Positions 36,956 through 46,957 of a stretch of DNA of 64,000 bases are shown one piece after another (the stretch's first letter is position 1; the number at the start of each line of letters is the position of its first letter). The position numbers and the translations under genes are program-made. This DNA is from Escherichia phage NHEP1. The stretch lies in the sequence record PQ511146.1, one strand, 5' to 3'. The notes beneath the pieces were generated by a model that searched no databases, was not told the origin of the DNA, and worked only from the letters and a program-made list of their open reading frames with translations.

Positions 36956-37996
36956 CTACGCATAATTAACAGTGATCCATTGACCATTTACAAGTTTTTG
37001 TAAAGGACCTGCCCAGTAGGTTGAACCACGCATCTCTTTTTTATCACCAAAATGCCAACCTGTGACAACGTAGCCGTTGCGAACTGGAGATTCAGAAACA
37101 CCATCAACAAGTCTTGCACCGATTCTGATATCCTGTACCCCTGTCTGCGGGATGGTGATCGTTACATCGCCGTTACCGTTAGCCGTCACTCCATTCACAG
37201 AGCGCACCACATTTCTGTTACCGACAACACAGTGCTGGCTTCTTACAACCATACTGTCACAACTTGCGCCGCCATTAACATATACTGACCCAGCCGTCAA
37301 CTGACTAGCTACATTGCAGTTGGTGAATGTTGCTGTGCTGCTAATGGTGAGGTTATTACATCGCATGTTATCAACAACTTCAACATTGCCCACCACTTTC
37401 AACAACGCACGATTAGCCGTGATCGCGTTCAGGTACATCAGAGTGAACTCTGGGTTAATGTCCGGCTGAGTTGGCTGGAATCTCCAACGGAACGCATCTA
37501 CTGTAGATGTACCACCATCATCGAACGCCCCAATATTATCACTTAACCCAAAGTCAAGAGTTGTCTTATCTGGGCCAATAGTTGTCTCTATCCAAGCCTT
37601 ATCTGTCTCGGCAGCTTTAAAGTTGATACGTTGCAAACCCAATGGGCCTGTCATTGTATCACCTGTAACTTTTACATACCTGGCGTCTGCCTCTTCCTTA
37701 GTAATAATCCCAAGGTTTCTACGGGCAACAGGGATGTTTAAAAGATCACTCAAGTTATTATCACGTACCAGATAACGCCCTTCTTGAGCGGGGATCTGCT
37801 CGTCAGCAATGTATTTTGCCCAAGTTCCGAGCATATTGAAAATATAGTTAAGTTCTTCACAGGATGGCTTTTGACCAAGATCCCAACCTTTTCTCCACAA
37901 ATCATCAATCGGGCGTAGCCTGTTCTGTCTGTGGGTGTTAGGCAGAACCTGATCCTCCTCTGCCCAAATCTCTAATGGAAAACTAGGTTTTGACAT
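36956..37996 (-). CDS. tail fibre protein, paralog B (P2 gpH-like C-terminal tip)
   Basis: 346 aa; C-terminal QKLVNGQWITVNYA; paralog of 34897..35940. Confidence 0.6.
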   Translation of the reverse strand: MSKPSFPLEIWAEEDQVLPNTHRQNRLRPIDDLWRKGWDLGQKPSCEELNYIFNMLGTWAKYIADEQIPAQEGRYLVRDNNLSDLLNIPVARRNLGIITKEEADARYVKVTGDTMTGPLGLQRINFKAAETDKAWIETTIGPDKTTLDFGLSDNIGAFDDGGTSTVDAFRWRFQPTQPDINPEFTLMYLNAITANRALLKVVGNVEVVDNMRCNNLTISSTATFTNCNVASQLTAGSVYVNGGASCDSMVVRSQHCVVGNRNVVRSVNGVTANGNGDVTITIPQTGVQDIRIGARLVDGVSESPVRNGYVVTGWHFGDKKEMRGSTYWAGPLQKLVNGQWITVNYA

Positions 37997-38008
37997 TTTA
38001 TCTCCTGA

Positions 38009-40081
38009 TTATGAGAAGTCTGGCGGAACAACATCTTCTACATACCCTTTCAGAGCAACCTGTCCCATATGCAGAACAGTAGAATCTCTGGCGGTAACAG
38101 TGATGCTGTCAGACATTACTTGCGGGTATGCCCACACATACTGTTTTACCTCAGGGTATCTATACTCTATGGTTGCCATGTTTCCGCAGATACATCTCCA
38201 TAAAAATTCTTGGTAATTCCTGGTTGGGTCGTAGCCATATACCGGAGCAAGCTCTTTGCTAGGAACGAACCCTGCAAGGTATTGTATTTCAGACGGTTGC
38301 CAACCTAACTTAACGATAGGTATGTTTACAGACTCTTTTGCCTTTTCAATACCGCCCTGCATCACCCAATCGTAGCACTCGGTGCAGAAGAAATCAAGAG
38401 CGCCTGCTTCCTTTTTATATTGGTCGGCAAGGTTCAGTTTTTGCGTAAGCTCGGTTTCCATAATGGTCGGGAAAAACAGCAAAGCTGTCATCTGAGCCGA
38501 TGCAGCATGTGCTTTTATTGCCTTTGAAATAGCTGCAATACGAGCTCCAAGCTTACCACGACAAAATGCTACATACTTGTCATAAACACCGCCAGTTTTA
38601 GGATCGTCAATAGTCCCAATGTCTAGTGCATATTCACCAGTCTCATCATAAAACGCCTGCTTTGTAGGGTAGTCATAAATACAAGGCTTACGAGTATCGG
38701 TATTGAACCACCACCACGGTTCACCAATCTGCATAATCACTGGCAGGTTGTTTCTCATAGCGGCTGATGCAAAATTCTTAAATACTGCAGTAAGGAAATT
38801 CATACCCTCTTCAATGGTTGGAGACAGGAGGTAACTACAAGGCGTATAGCCTGTTTTAGCATAGTTATCGTTCCAGTCTCTCTGGGTCCATTCCAACGGA
38901 CAGGCATCGCTATAAAGCTCAAAGCTTACAGACTGCATAACGTCGAAGTCATGTCGTTTGGCATTGTACATAAAATCATCATGCCATTTATAAGCTGCAG
39001 CGTTTAGAGCTCCTGTTTTGTTTATAGACCATTGGGTTCCTGACCATGTGTAGTCATAATAATGGCTCATACCAACATAATGGTTTATGGTTCCTGTATA
39101 GCCCAGACGCTTGATATTACTCAACACCCTTAAAGGGGATACGTTCCACATATCGTCATATGCTGTGCAGATCCCAACATCGTGTTCTTTCACCTGAATA
39201 TTGTTAAGTTGCATCATTTTCCAGCCTGTGTCCGGCTGAAGAAGATCTAGACGCAACTCACACTCTACATTTTCCGTTCTCGGGTCTGTGCTATTACCTA
39301 CCCAATCTTTAGGCATAAGTGGTATTAGAATCCTTCTCACCTGCCGGGGATCAACACCCATCATGTTGTTGTTCTGGTCCATCCCGACGCAGTCCTCGAA
39401 ATCAATATGAATTTCTGCAACATTCTTATCCTCTGAGATGCTGACAGCATATTGAGCTAAAGGAACATAGATGATTGTACCATCAACAAGGTCTACAGTC
39501 ATAATCATCTTTTCAGGGGTGGAGAAGTTGCTGGCATTGGTTATTGACATTCTGAACCAAAGCTTGGTGTTTCTCATCTCGTAGTGATCATCAAATCCAA
39601 TGCCGAAATGGTCATACTTGTCAACTGTTTCCCAAATGCACCCAGCCATGCCCCCATATGTTCTTGACACTAAACGATTAATACAGCAGTTATTATCCGC
39701 AACAATACAGGTGCTTTCAGTCTGCTGTGTGGTTGTAACCCAGTATCTTGGGTGAAACATTCTCTCCTCAACGGTATCCCAAGATATTCTGTCAAGATTT
39801 TCATCTGAAACTATTGTACATTTCGCTCTTTGTGTTCCAATCATAACCCCTTGGGAGTTTGATGAAAACTCCATAAAGAAGCTCCTTGGCAACCTGTTTG
39901 GCAATTTGTCAACAATTTCTACAGGGATCTCGATACTGGTTGCCCCAACCGGGATAGTTACATCGCCCTCAACATGATCATAATCCCTACCCGGAACTGC
40001 AGTATCCTGAACTGTGCGGTAATGAAACCGTGCAGCCATTGTAGAGTAATCACGGTAAGGTTTAAAAACAGCTGTTGCCAT
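38009..40081 (-). CDS. baseplate/fibre-associated structural protein with N-terminal Calx-beta-like segment
   Basis: 690 aa; DYDHVEGDVTIPVGATSIEIPVEIVDK; positioned after baseplate J/I-like genes. Confidence 0.45.
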   Translation of the reverse strand: MATAVFKPYRDYSTMAARFHYRTVQDTAVPGRDYDHVEGDVTIPVGATSIEIPVEIVDKLPNRLPRSFFMEFSSNSQGVMIGTQRAKCTIVSDENLDRISWDTVEERMFHPRYWVTTTQQTESTCIVADNNCCINRLVSRTYGGMAGCIWETVDKYDHFGIGFDDHYEMRNTKLWFRMSITNASNFSTPEKMIMTVDLVDGTIIYVPLAQYAVSISEDKNVAEIHIDFEDCVGMDQNNNMMGVDPRQVRRILIPLMPKDWVGNSTDPRTENVECELRLDLLQPDTGWKMMQLNNIQVKEHDVGICTAYDDMWNVSPLRVLSNIKRLGYTGTINHYVGMSHYYDYTWSGTQWSINKTGALNAAAYKWHDDFMYNAKRHDFDVMQSVSFELYSDACPLEWTQRDWNDNYAKTGYTPCSYLLSPTIEEGMNFLTAVFKNFASAAMRNNLPVIMQIGEPWWWFNTDTRKPCIYDYPTKQAFYDETGEYALDIGTIDDPKTGGVYDKYVAFCRGKLGARIAAISKAIKAHAASAQMTALLFFPTIMETELTQKLNLADQYKKEAGALDFFCTECYDWVMQGGIEKAKESVNIPIVKLGWQPSEIQYLAGFVPSKELAPVYGYDPTRNYQEFLWRCICGNMATIEYRYPEVKQYVWAYPQVMSDSITVTARDSTVLHMGQVALKGYVEDVVPPDFS

Positions 40082-40767
40082 TAACCCTCCTGTCTAGTTG
40101 CGTTTACTGTAATACTTTCACAATAAATGGTTGTAGTGTCCCAATCAGGTCTTACGTCAGGAACATATAACAAAGTAGCCAGCCCACCAACCCCGAACTG
40201 ATTTTCTTCCCACACTGATCCAAAGCCGAGAGCTGTAGAGTCCCCTTCAAAACCAAAAGCTTGCCCTTGCGACTCCGTAAGACGCAAATGACAAGGCAAT
40301 GGCAGCATATCCAAGATCTGGTCGATAGACTGCAATATGTCAAAGCAAGTTTTTCTAATGTTTATGTCAAACCTGAAATTGTCACCTTTCCACGTATCGA
40401 AATTATCTCTTCCGAACAACTGTCGTAAGGTGGAGATGACATCTTCGCGAGTACCACCTCTTGATGATGCTGCCTGCTGAATAATCAGTGTAGCACGAAA
40501 ATCCGCATCTGAAAGCCCATTCCGAAGAATACCAAGTTGATTACCAACTTCGTCAAGGTATCTTCCGCTGGCATTGTTAAGCAGTCTTCCTTCAGCCAAA
40601 CCTACCAGCATCTTATCAACATTCTCCAACCTTTTAAGGTACACGGTTAAGAATGTGACTAAATTAACCTTCTCAGCCAGAAAATCTCCAGGTAGGTAGT
40701 CAAGACCCCCCTGAACAAAATCTGGCAGAGTGTGGATGTGGTTGACATCCGACTTAATCTCTGCCAT
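40081..40767 (-). CDS. baseplate protein, gpI-like position
   Basis: 228 aa; immediately downstream of Baseplate_J-like gene with overlapping stop/start; assignment positional. Confidence 0.35.
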   Translation of the reverse strand: MAEIKSDVNHIHTLPDFVQGGLDYLPGDFLAEKVNLVTFLTVYLKRLENVDKMLVGLAEGRLLNNASGRYLDEVGNQLGILRNGLSDADFRATLIIQQAASSRGGTREDVISTLRQLFGRDNFDTWKGDNFRFDINIRKTCFDILQSIDQILDMLPLPCHLRLTESQGQAFGFEGDSTALGFGSVWEENQFGVGGLATLLYVPDVRPDWDTTTIYCESITVNATRQEG

Positions 40768-40778
40768 ATCTCGCCGCC

Positions 40779-42269
40779 TTAAATAGTTTGTTGGAAAGTT
40801 ATATTACTTTCGTCGAGGTCAAACACCTCGGTCATGTTTGCAACAATATCGTTTGTAGTGTAAGCTTCGTCAGAGGCTCCTACAGGTTTAACTTGAATTA
40901 CCAATCTGTTAAATCTGCCTATCGACACAGCAGCGGATGCAGCACCTACCAATTGGATATTGTACAACGTATCGGCGACATCCAAGCCGTTAACAACCTG
41001 TAAAAGAGCCTCTACAATGGCATCTTTTTCGGTTGTGGAAAGCGCAGCACCTGAGTAGGTAATTCTTACATCTAGGCGGTAGGTATTTGCCTTGGAGTAA
41101 TAAATCCTTTCAGTCTGACCGTCTGATGTGGTAATATCGTAGAAGATATTCCCATAAGTTCTGTTTGTGCAAGCTATGGTTTGATACAGTGCCTGACAGA
41201 TATCCTCTGTTGCACCACCAAACACCACCACTTGAAACTTATAAGGTGGTATACCTTTCGCATCCGTTTTATCGGTGTTGTTGGAGAACACTCTTACTTT
41301 CTCAACACCTTTCACCTCGCTTACAGCGCTAAGGATTGCAGGACGGGTAGCTTTAGATGTCAGCTGTTTAGTGCTGGAAGCTCTTAAGCGATACTCAGAG
41401 TCTTTCTCAACATCCCTACCCTCATTGAATCTTTCTCGGTTGGTAAGCTTGATAAATCCACTGGGAGTAGGTGACATTGTTGTCACGGTTTCTGCCTCTC
41501 TTGACAGCTCACCAGCCTCGTTAGCGATAACATCTAGGGTGATAGTTCTTTCCCCTACAATCGGGGATACTCTGAAATCTACCCTGCTATTAAGTCCAAC
41601 TTGATCAAGATTCGAATTGTACCCTATCCACAACGTCCCTGTCAACATATCTATCTGAATTAGATCATCATTCAGCAGGGTTGTATTATCGACAATGAAT
41701 TGCTTAATCTCGCCGTAAAAGCTTGGCAAATCAGAAGAGTCCAGAGCCTTATCTGTTAAAACCAGACTTTTTGTTTTGATACTTCCGTCTGTCTGGTTGG
41801 TAATTTGAAAGTTGTATTTCCCAATTCTTAGGTCTGGAGCGTTTATTCTGTGAGCAATAAGATTTCCCGCCACCTGCACATCGTTGCTAAGAACAAAGTT
41901 GCCACTGTCCAGCGTATAAGTTTTGGAATCATAAATCATATTGTACGGCACAGTTGTGTTGATTGTCAACTGGCAGGTACCTGATGATTTAGAACGGCCT
42001 CTTCGGTAAATACCCTGTCTTCCAAGAAGCTCATCCAGGTAAATACCTTCTGCCCCATATAGCGTCTGTGATGCGTATACAGATGCTGCCATAAGAATAA
42101 GTTGATATTCTCGCTCGTTGAAAATAGTGGTCAGCTTATCTGCAACTGAGTTACTTTGTACGTTGAAGTTTTCGCCAAAAGCACGGATCAGGCTTTGCTT
42201 AGTTTCAACGATTAGGTCATTTAGGGTTGGTATAACGAAACCAGCCTCTGTCAATCCATACTTAGCCAC
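40779..42269 (-). CDS. baseplate wedge protein, Baseplate_J (gp6/gp47/XkdT-like)
   Basis: 496 aa; N-terminal GLTEAGFVIPTLNDLIVETKQSLIRAFG, central YRLRASSTKQLTSKATRPAILSAVSEVKGVEKVRVF and C-terminal region fit Baseplate_J pattern; GTG start after GGAGGAG SD. Confidence 0.65.
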   Translation of the reverse strand: MAKYGLTEAGFVIPTLNDLIVETKQSLIRAFGENFNVQSNSVADKLTTIFNEREYQLILMAASVYASQTLYGAEGIYLDELLGRQGIYRRGRSKSSGTCQLTINTTVPYNMIYDSKTYTLDSGNFVLSNDVQVAGNLIAHRINAPDLRIGKYNFQITNQTDGSIKTKSLVLTDKALDSSDLPSFYGEIKQFIVDNTTLLNDDLIQIDMLTGTLWIGYNSNLDQVGLNSRVDFRVSPIVGERTITLDVIANEAGELSREAETVTTMSPTPSGFIKLTNRERFNEGRDVEKDSEYRLRASSTKQLTSKATRPAILSAVSEVKGVEKVRVFSNNTDKTDAKGIPPYKFQVVVFGGATEDICQALYQTIACTNRTYGNIFYDITTSDGQTERIYYSKANTYRLDVRITYSGAALSTTEKDAIVEALLQVVNGLDVADTLYNIQLVGAASAAVSIGRFNRLVIQVKPVGASDEAYTTNDIVANMTEVFDLDESNITFQQTI

Positions 42270-42302
42270 GTCACTCCTCCGGTATGAAAATCTCTACAAG
42301 GT

Positions 42303-42331
42303 ATTTTACCAAATTTTGTAACAATAGTCAA
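42303..42331 (-). promoter_or_regulatory. sigma70-like promoter (TTGACT-N17-TAAAAT) upstream of Baseplate_J-like gene
   Basis: Read on minus strand right after the terminator: -35 TTGACT, 17-nt spacer, -10 TAAAAT. Confidence 0.55.
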
Positions 42332-42336
42332 TCTGA

Positions 42337-42366
42337 GCATAAAAATAAACCCCGCCGAAGCGGGGC
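42337..42366 (-). terminator. rho-independent terminator (UUCG tetraloop) after the 1381-aa gene
   Basis: Minus transcript CCCCGC-UUCG-GCGGGG then UUUAUUUUUAU; same hairpin as at 16203-16218. Confidence 0.7.
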
Positions 42367-42374
42367 TTTAAAGG

Positions 42375-45300
42375 TTAGTCGTGAGACTCGTTCCAAGGTC
42401 CCTGGAAGCTTGAGTTAGAACGACTAACGATCACAGTGGGACAGGAGATTGTGACACCTGTCACGCTAGACGTTGACCACGGTGTGTAAATCTCGATAAC
42501 AATGTCTATAGTTTGTTCACCCAGACCTGTTATCCCTACCGCACACATGCCGTTGTTGTCGTTAAAATACTTCTTGCCAGCAAGGATCTGATGACCAGCT
42601 ATCCATGCATTCAGCTGGGAGCTGGCAAGAGTACCATTCAGTTTAAAGAAGAATGTTACGTTCTTACCCTGACCTGAAACGTTATCTACGTATCTCCACC
42701 TCCAACGGCAAACCCTTTGCCGGGAGTTGTATACTGGAGCACAATCTCCGTAAGTCCTGTGTGCAACAATCGCACCTTCGAACTGGTTAGCACGGATAAC
42801 GGAAGCTTCTACACGTCCACGGAATGTACCTCCTGTTGCATCTATGGTTCCTCTAAAGCTACCGTTGTTGGCATAAACATCCCCACGGAAGGTGCCACTG
42901 GTAGCGTTAACTGCCCCTGTGAAGTTACCTGCACTAGCGTTGATGTTACCTTTCACCCACACATCCATAAACTGGGCGTGCCCGTTCTTGTTAATATACC
43001 AACCGTATTTGTGGTACCCGTTGCCATCGTAGTTGTTTGACGAAATTTCTTGCGCGATCTTGGCAGAAGAGATCGTGCCGTTCTCTATAAAAGCGTCTTT
43101 CAAGAACGCTTGGTTGTTCTTGATTGCGAAAGCAAGGGTTGCTGTTCCATTGCCTGGGTTGTATACCGCAAAGTTGTTTGCGCTAACCATGAAATATGAC
43201 TGAACTTGGCCTCCAGAGCCTTCCATGCCTAACTGGATACCTGCCACATACTTATTCCCTGCGGAGTCTACCTGTATTTTTGTGCCCCATTGAGCATTTA
43301 CTTTGCCCTCTAAGTCGGTCACAGCCTTAGATGTTGTAGCCACTGCAGCTCTGAGTTCGGTCACATCTCCAACATCATCAATAATCTCCTGCTTAGCAAC
43401 AGCAAGTTCTTGACGAATAGCTGACGCTGTGCCATTAATAAGGTCAACAGTAGACTTATTAGTTTCAGAAATATTCGCAGACAATTCTTTCTTAGTCTGA
43501 GTCAGCTTATTATCCAACCCGTTAATGTTATTGGTGTTGGTTGTAATCTGCCCTTTAGCAGTGGTTAACTGCTCAGTCAAAGCTGCCGTTTTCTGATTCA
43601 ATAGGTCAGTTGTGGCCTTGTTGGTGGTAGAAATCAACGTATTAAGATCAGACTTGGCGGTGTTTATCTTACCATCAAGCGTGGTGTAGTTTTTGGACAC
43701 TGTGGCGTTGGTCTGGCTAATCTTCTGGTCAAGAGTCTCAGAAGTTCTGTTCAGCAAGTCCACAGTGGCCTGGTTAGTGCTCAGAATGCTCGCATCCAAC
43801 TCAGATCTTTGAGTATTCAACTTGCCCTCTAGGCTCTTATCACCAGCCAGATAGCCTTTTTCAACATCTCCGATCTGCTCAGTCAACTCTCCCTGTGCAG
43901 CAACCAGTTTTTCATCCAACGCCTCTGTTTTCTTATTAAGAAGATCAGTGGTGGATTTGTTGGTTGACTCAATCAAGGATGATAGTTTAGCACTCTCATT
44001 TTGCAGGTTGTTGGTCAACTCACCTTTCGTTGCTGTCAGCTTGTTATCTAAAGCCTCAGTTTTCCGATTAAGGAGATCTGTAGTCGTTTTATTGGTTGAA
44101 ACAATTAGAGAGTTCAGCTCAGAGCTTTCCTGTGCCAAAGCATCTTCCAATTCACCCCTTGTTGAAACAATCTTCTCGTCCAAAGCTTCAGTTTTCTGAT
44201 TTAACAGATCGGTTGTAGCTTTGTTAGTGGTCTGTATTAGAGAAGTCAGCTTACCACTTTCTTTAGAAAGATCATCTGCAAACTTGTTCTGAGTGGCTAC
44301 CAGTTTCTGGTCTAGAGTGGTAAGCGTTCCATTAACGTCCTGGAAGTTGTCGTGGGTTTCTTGGATGAATATTCCAACCCTATTCCCCAACTGAGCATAC
44401 AGCTTGTCTACTCTAGAGAACTCACCTTCCATGTGGTCAAAAGCCTCGTCAACTCTACCATCCATGTACCTGTTAAGTTCTGTGACACGATTTTCAACCT
44501 CTTCAATAGAGGAATCTAAAGTGCTCATCAACTCTTTATAAGTTTCTGTCTTTTTAAATTCAGCATCTATCTGAGGCATCAAATCTTCAATAGAGGTGTA
44601 GCAGCGTGCAGCGCATTCTATAAACTGAGAACTACCAAAAGCGTTTGTGGTTCGAATATACCAATAATAGATCTTATCGTTCTGCAGACCTTCAGATGTC
44701 CAAGTTGAACCAACACCCATACGAGTGGCTTTTGAAGTAACGGTTGCATCACTTGTGTCTGGCAACCTTGTCATACCAGATGTCCAAAAGTCATACTGGG
44801 TGCTTACACTTGCTAAGTCCCTGCTGTGCGGAATCAAGGTGATAGCAAAGTATCCCTGCTTAACTTCTACAGAAACCGGAGCTTCAGGTGCCTGAATGTT
44901 AAACTCGCAGTACGCTTCTGGAGATACACCACCTTTATAAGATGTTGCAACCACGGTTGCTGTGTATGACCCTTTGGTCAATCCTTCTACACGGACAAAC
45001 TGCTCTACTGTTTGTGCTGTCCAAATAATTTCTCCGTTCTTTCTTACCTGCACAATATTTTGAGCATAAGTTCCAACGTTGTCCCAAGCCAAAACACCAT
45101 GAGTTACTTCCCCAGCTTGAAGAACAGAGTATCTGAAGTTTTGCGGTTGAGCTACGCCGGACGGGGATATCGGAATATCCACATCGCCAGAATCCGGAAG
45201 TTGCCCTGTGGCATCATTCCACTCTTTAGCATCTTGACGGAGTTTTACCTTGACACCGCCCTTTTTGGTGAACTCCCACTCAAGAACCCTCATTTCTTGG

Positions 45301-46520
45301 CCCACTATACCAATACTTGGAAGGTCCATCGTAACGTAACGCCCAGGCTTAAATTTAAAACCCCGCATATTGCAGGTTACTTCAATAATCCTACCAGCTC
45401 TGGCACGTCTTAAGAAGATTGCAGAAACACGCTGAGCTTGATAAGGACTGGTAACAAAGCGATAATCTATATCGATTATCTTTCTTTCTCCATCCTTCTC
45501 TATCCACTCTGGGACAAACACTGATGGAAAATCTGTTTCAGAATATCCTTTAGCCGGACTAGTGAATCTGCCAGTTATTGTGTTGGATCTTTTGTCGAAG
45601 GAGGCTTCAGGATAGATCTTAACCTCACCGCAAACACAGTCCTCACTCAGTGTCATTGTTGCCGGGCCATAGTATGCACCTACCAGCAGACCATATTTGC
45701 CAGCTACATAGCTAAGGTCTGCACCACAAGCTTTCAGCATCTCTGCCATAATGCTTGCTGGTGCTTCATCCATGTCGAACTCGCCATTAATGGTGTAACG
45801 GCGCTCACTGGTTCCGTCCGCGTTTTTTACAGCCTCGTCGCATATGTTGGCAGCTTCCTTGAAGGACTCCCAGTTGATGGTTTCGTCAGGACATTTAAGG
45901 TACGTTCTTAGATAGTCCAGAATCACCAAGGCAGCGTTGTTGGTATACACCTCTTTACTGATACGAGGATCATAACATTTTTTACCAACCTTGACGAGTG
46001 TAACGTTTGGCAACCCAAAAGGAAACTTGTTAGGGTCAAACTTAAAGCTGGCACGTAGCCAACTGATCCCTCTACCTATCATGTCTGGTGACCACGAAGG
46101 GCAGTGTGTGCCCATGAAAGGATCAGAGGTTTTCCTGTCGTTATGCAACTCCCACGATACCAAATCCCCATACGAGGAAATAGGATTACCGTCGATAAGT
46201 ATATCTTCTATACCTTCCAAGGGATGATTGGCAAGAACAATAGCACAATGAAGGGTTCTGTCCCTGTCCTGCTCTAAAAACGCAAGCAATCCAGATGTGC
46301 GTGTCTTCCCATATACTACAGAGCAAGGTGCAGCAGAAGATCTGAGAAGTTTTTGTCTATCTTGTTGACTTCTGTAAGATTTGTTGCCTTCGAAAATCTT
46401 ATCAAGGGTTCTGGTGGTAACAGTGTTCAGGCTGTCAGCCAGAGCTGCCTTGGATGCGTTCCAGTCATAGCTCGAAGATCTTGCAGAAGCAACGATGTTA
46501 TCAATCATTGCAATTGGCAT
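42375..46520 (-). CDS. lambda gpJ-like host specificity / central tail fibre protein with expanded coiled-coil repeat insert
   Basis: 1381 aa; FN3-like segment (APEAPVSVEVKQGYFAITLIPHS ... YYWYIRTTNAFGSSQFIE) and YVAGIQLGMEG... segment resemble recalled lambda J; six 44-57 aa repeats (L[TNS]SLI.[ST]TNK.TTDLLN) between them. Confidence 0.55.
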   Translation of the reverse strand: MPIAMIDNIVASARSSSYDWNASKAALADSLNTVTTRTLDKIFEGNKSYRSQQDRQKLLRSSAAPCSVVYGKTRTSGLLAFLEQDRDRTLHCAIVLANHPLEGIEDILIDGNPISSYGDLVSWELHNDRKTSDPFMGTHCPSWSPDMIGRGISWLRASFKFDPNKFPFGLPNVTLVKVGKKCYDPRISKEVYTNNAALVILDYLRTYLKCPDETINWESFKEAANICDEAVKNADGTSERRYTINGEFDMDEAPASIMAEMLKACGADLSYVAGKYGLLVGAYYGPATMTLSEDCVCGEVKIYPEASFDKRSNTITGRFTSPAKGYSETDFPSVFVPEWIEKDGERKIIDIDYRFVTSPYQAQRVSAIFLRRARAGRIIEVTCNMRGFKFKPGRYVTMDLPSIGIVGQEMRVLEWEFTKKGGVKVKLRQDAKEWNDATGQLPDSGDVDIPISPSGVAQPQNFRYSVLQAGEVTHGVLAWDNVGTYAQNIVQVRKNGEIIWTAQTVEQFVRVEGLTKGSYTATVVATSYKGGVSPEAYCEFNIQAPEAPVSVEVKQGYFAITLIPHSRDLASVSTQYDFWTSGMTRLPDTSDATVTSKATRMGVGSTWTSEGLQNDKIYYWYIRTTNAFGSSQFIECAARCYTSIEDLMPQIDAEFKKTETYKELMSTLDSSIEEVENRVTELNRYMDGRVDEAFDHMEGEFSRVDKLYAQLGNRVGIFIQETHDNFQDVNGTLTTLDQKLVATQNKFADDLSKESGKLTSLIQTTNKATTDLLNQKTEALDEKIVSTRGELEDALAQESSELNSLIVSTNKTTTDLLNRKTEALDNKLTATKGELTNNLQNESAKLSSLIESTNKSTTDLLNKKTEALDEKLVAAQGELTEQIGDVEKGYLAGDKSLEGKLNTQRSELDASILSTNQATVDLLNRTSETLDQKISQTNATVSKNYTTLDGKINTAKSDLNTLISTTNKATTDLLNQKTAALTEQLTTAKGQITTNTNNINGLDNKLTQTKKELSANISETNKSTVDLINGTASAIRQELAVAKQEIIDDVGDVTELRAAVATTSKAVTDLEGKVNAQWGTKIQVDSAGNKYVAGIQLGMEGSGGQVQSYFMVSANNFAVYNPGNGTATLAFAIKNNQAFLKDAFIENGTISSAKIAQEISSNNYDGNGYHKYGWYINKNGHAQFMDVWVKGNINASAGNFTGAVNATSGTFRGDVYANNGSFRGTIDATGGTFRGRVEASVIRANQFEGAIVAHRTYGDCAPVYNSRQRVCRWRWRYVDNVSGQGKNVTFFFKLNGTLASSQLNAWIAGHQILAGKKYFNDNNGMCAVGITGLGEQTIDIVIEIYTPWSTSSVTGVTISCPTVIVSRSNSSFQGPWNESHD
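43390..44290 (-). repeat. diverged tandem repeat array (about 132-bp units) encoding coiled-coil repeats inside the J-like gene
   Basis: Recurring DNA blocks with ...gttggt...gaaa... cores near 43440, 43600, 43940, 44070, 44200; protein repeats LTSLIQTTNKATTDLLNQ / LNSLIVSTNKTTTDLLNR / LSSLIESTNKSTTDLLNK etc. Confidence 0.6.
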
Positions 46521-46957
46521 TAATACCTCCAGACATCAACAACGATAGAATCTTTCATGTCGAACATAAAGATCCCTTTATCACCTTTCGCCCAAATCTG
46601 GTTGTTCCAGAACACACCAGCGGTGAGCCCGTTCAGACCTTCGAAAATAACAATATCACCACGCTGAACCTGTTTAGGAGTATCCAGTCGAGTCAAAAAG
46701 AGATCAAAAATAGTAGGCAGATGTGTGGTTTTGAAACGAAGCATGCACCATCTCTTGCTTTCCAACTCTGTTTTATACGTTCCTTCAAAGTTAGAAAGAA
46801 AATCTGTTCCGTATTGGGCATCAACACACTTAGCCGCAAAAGTGCAGCAATCGTGGAATCCCCATTCAAACGGGATGGTGGCTTCTTCGTCAAACACTTT
46901 CCACAATCTTTCTTGCCAGTCCACTAAACGAGGGTGTGTGCTCATTAAACCTCCCAA
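46520..46957 (-). CDS. tail-associated NlpC/P60-like peptidase (tentative)
   Basis: 145 aa; FEWGFHDCCTFAAKCVDAQYG with candidate catalytic Cys; immediately upstream of J-like gene. Confidence 0.35.
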   Translation of the reverse strand: MGGLMSTHPRLVDWQERLWKVFDEEATIPFEWGFHDCCTFAAKCVDAQYGTDFLSNFEGTYKTELESKRWCMLRFKTTHLPTIFDLFLTRLDTPKQVQRGDIVIFEGLNGLTAGVFWNNQIWAKGDKGIFMFDMKDSIVVDVWRY

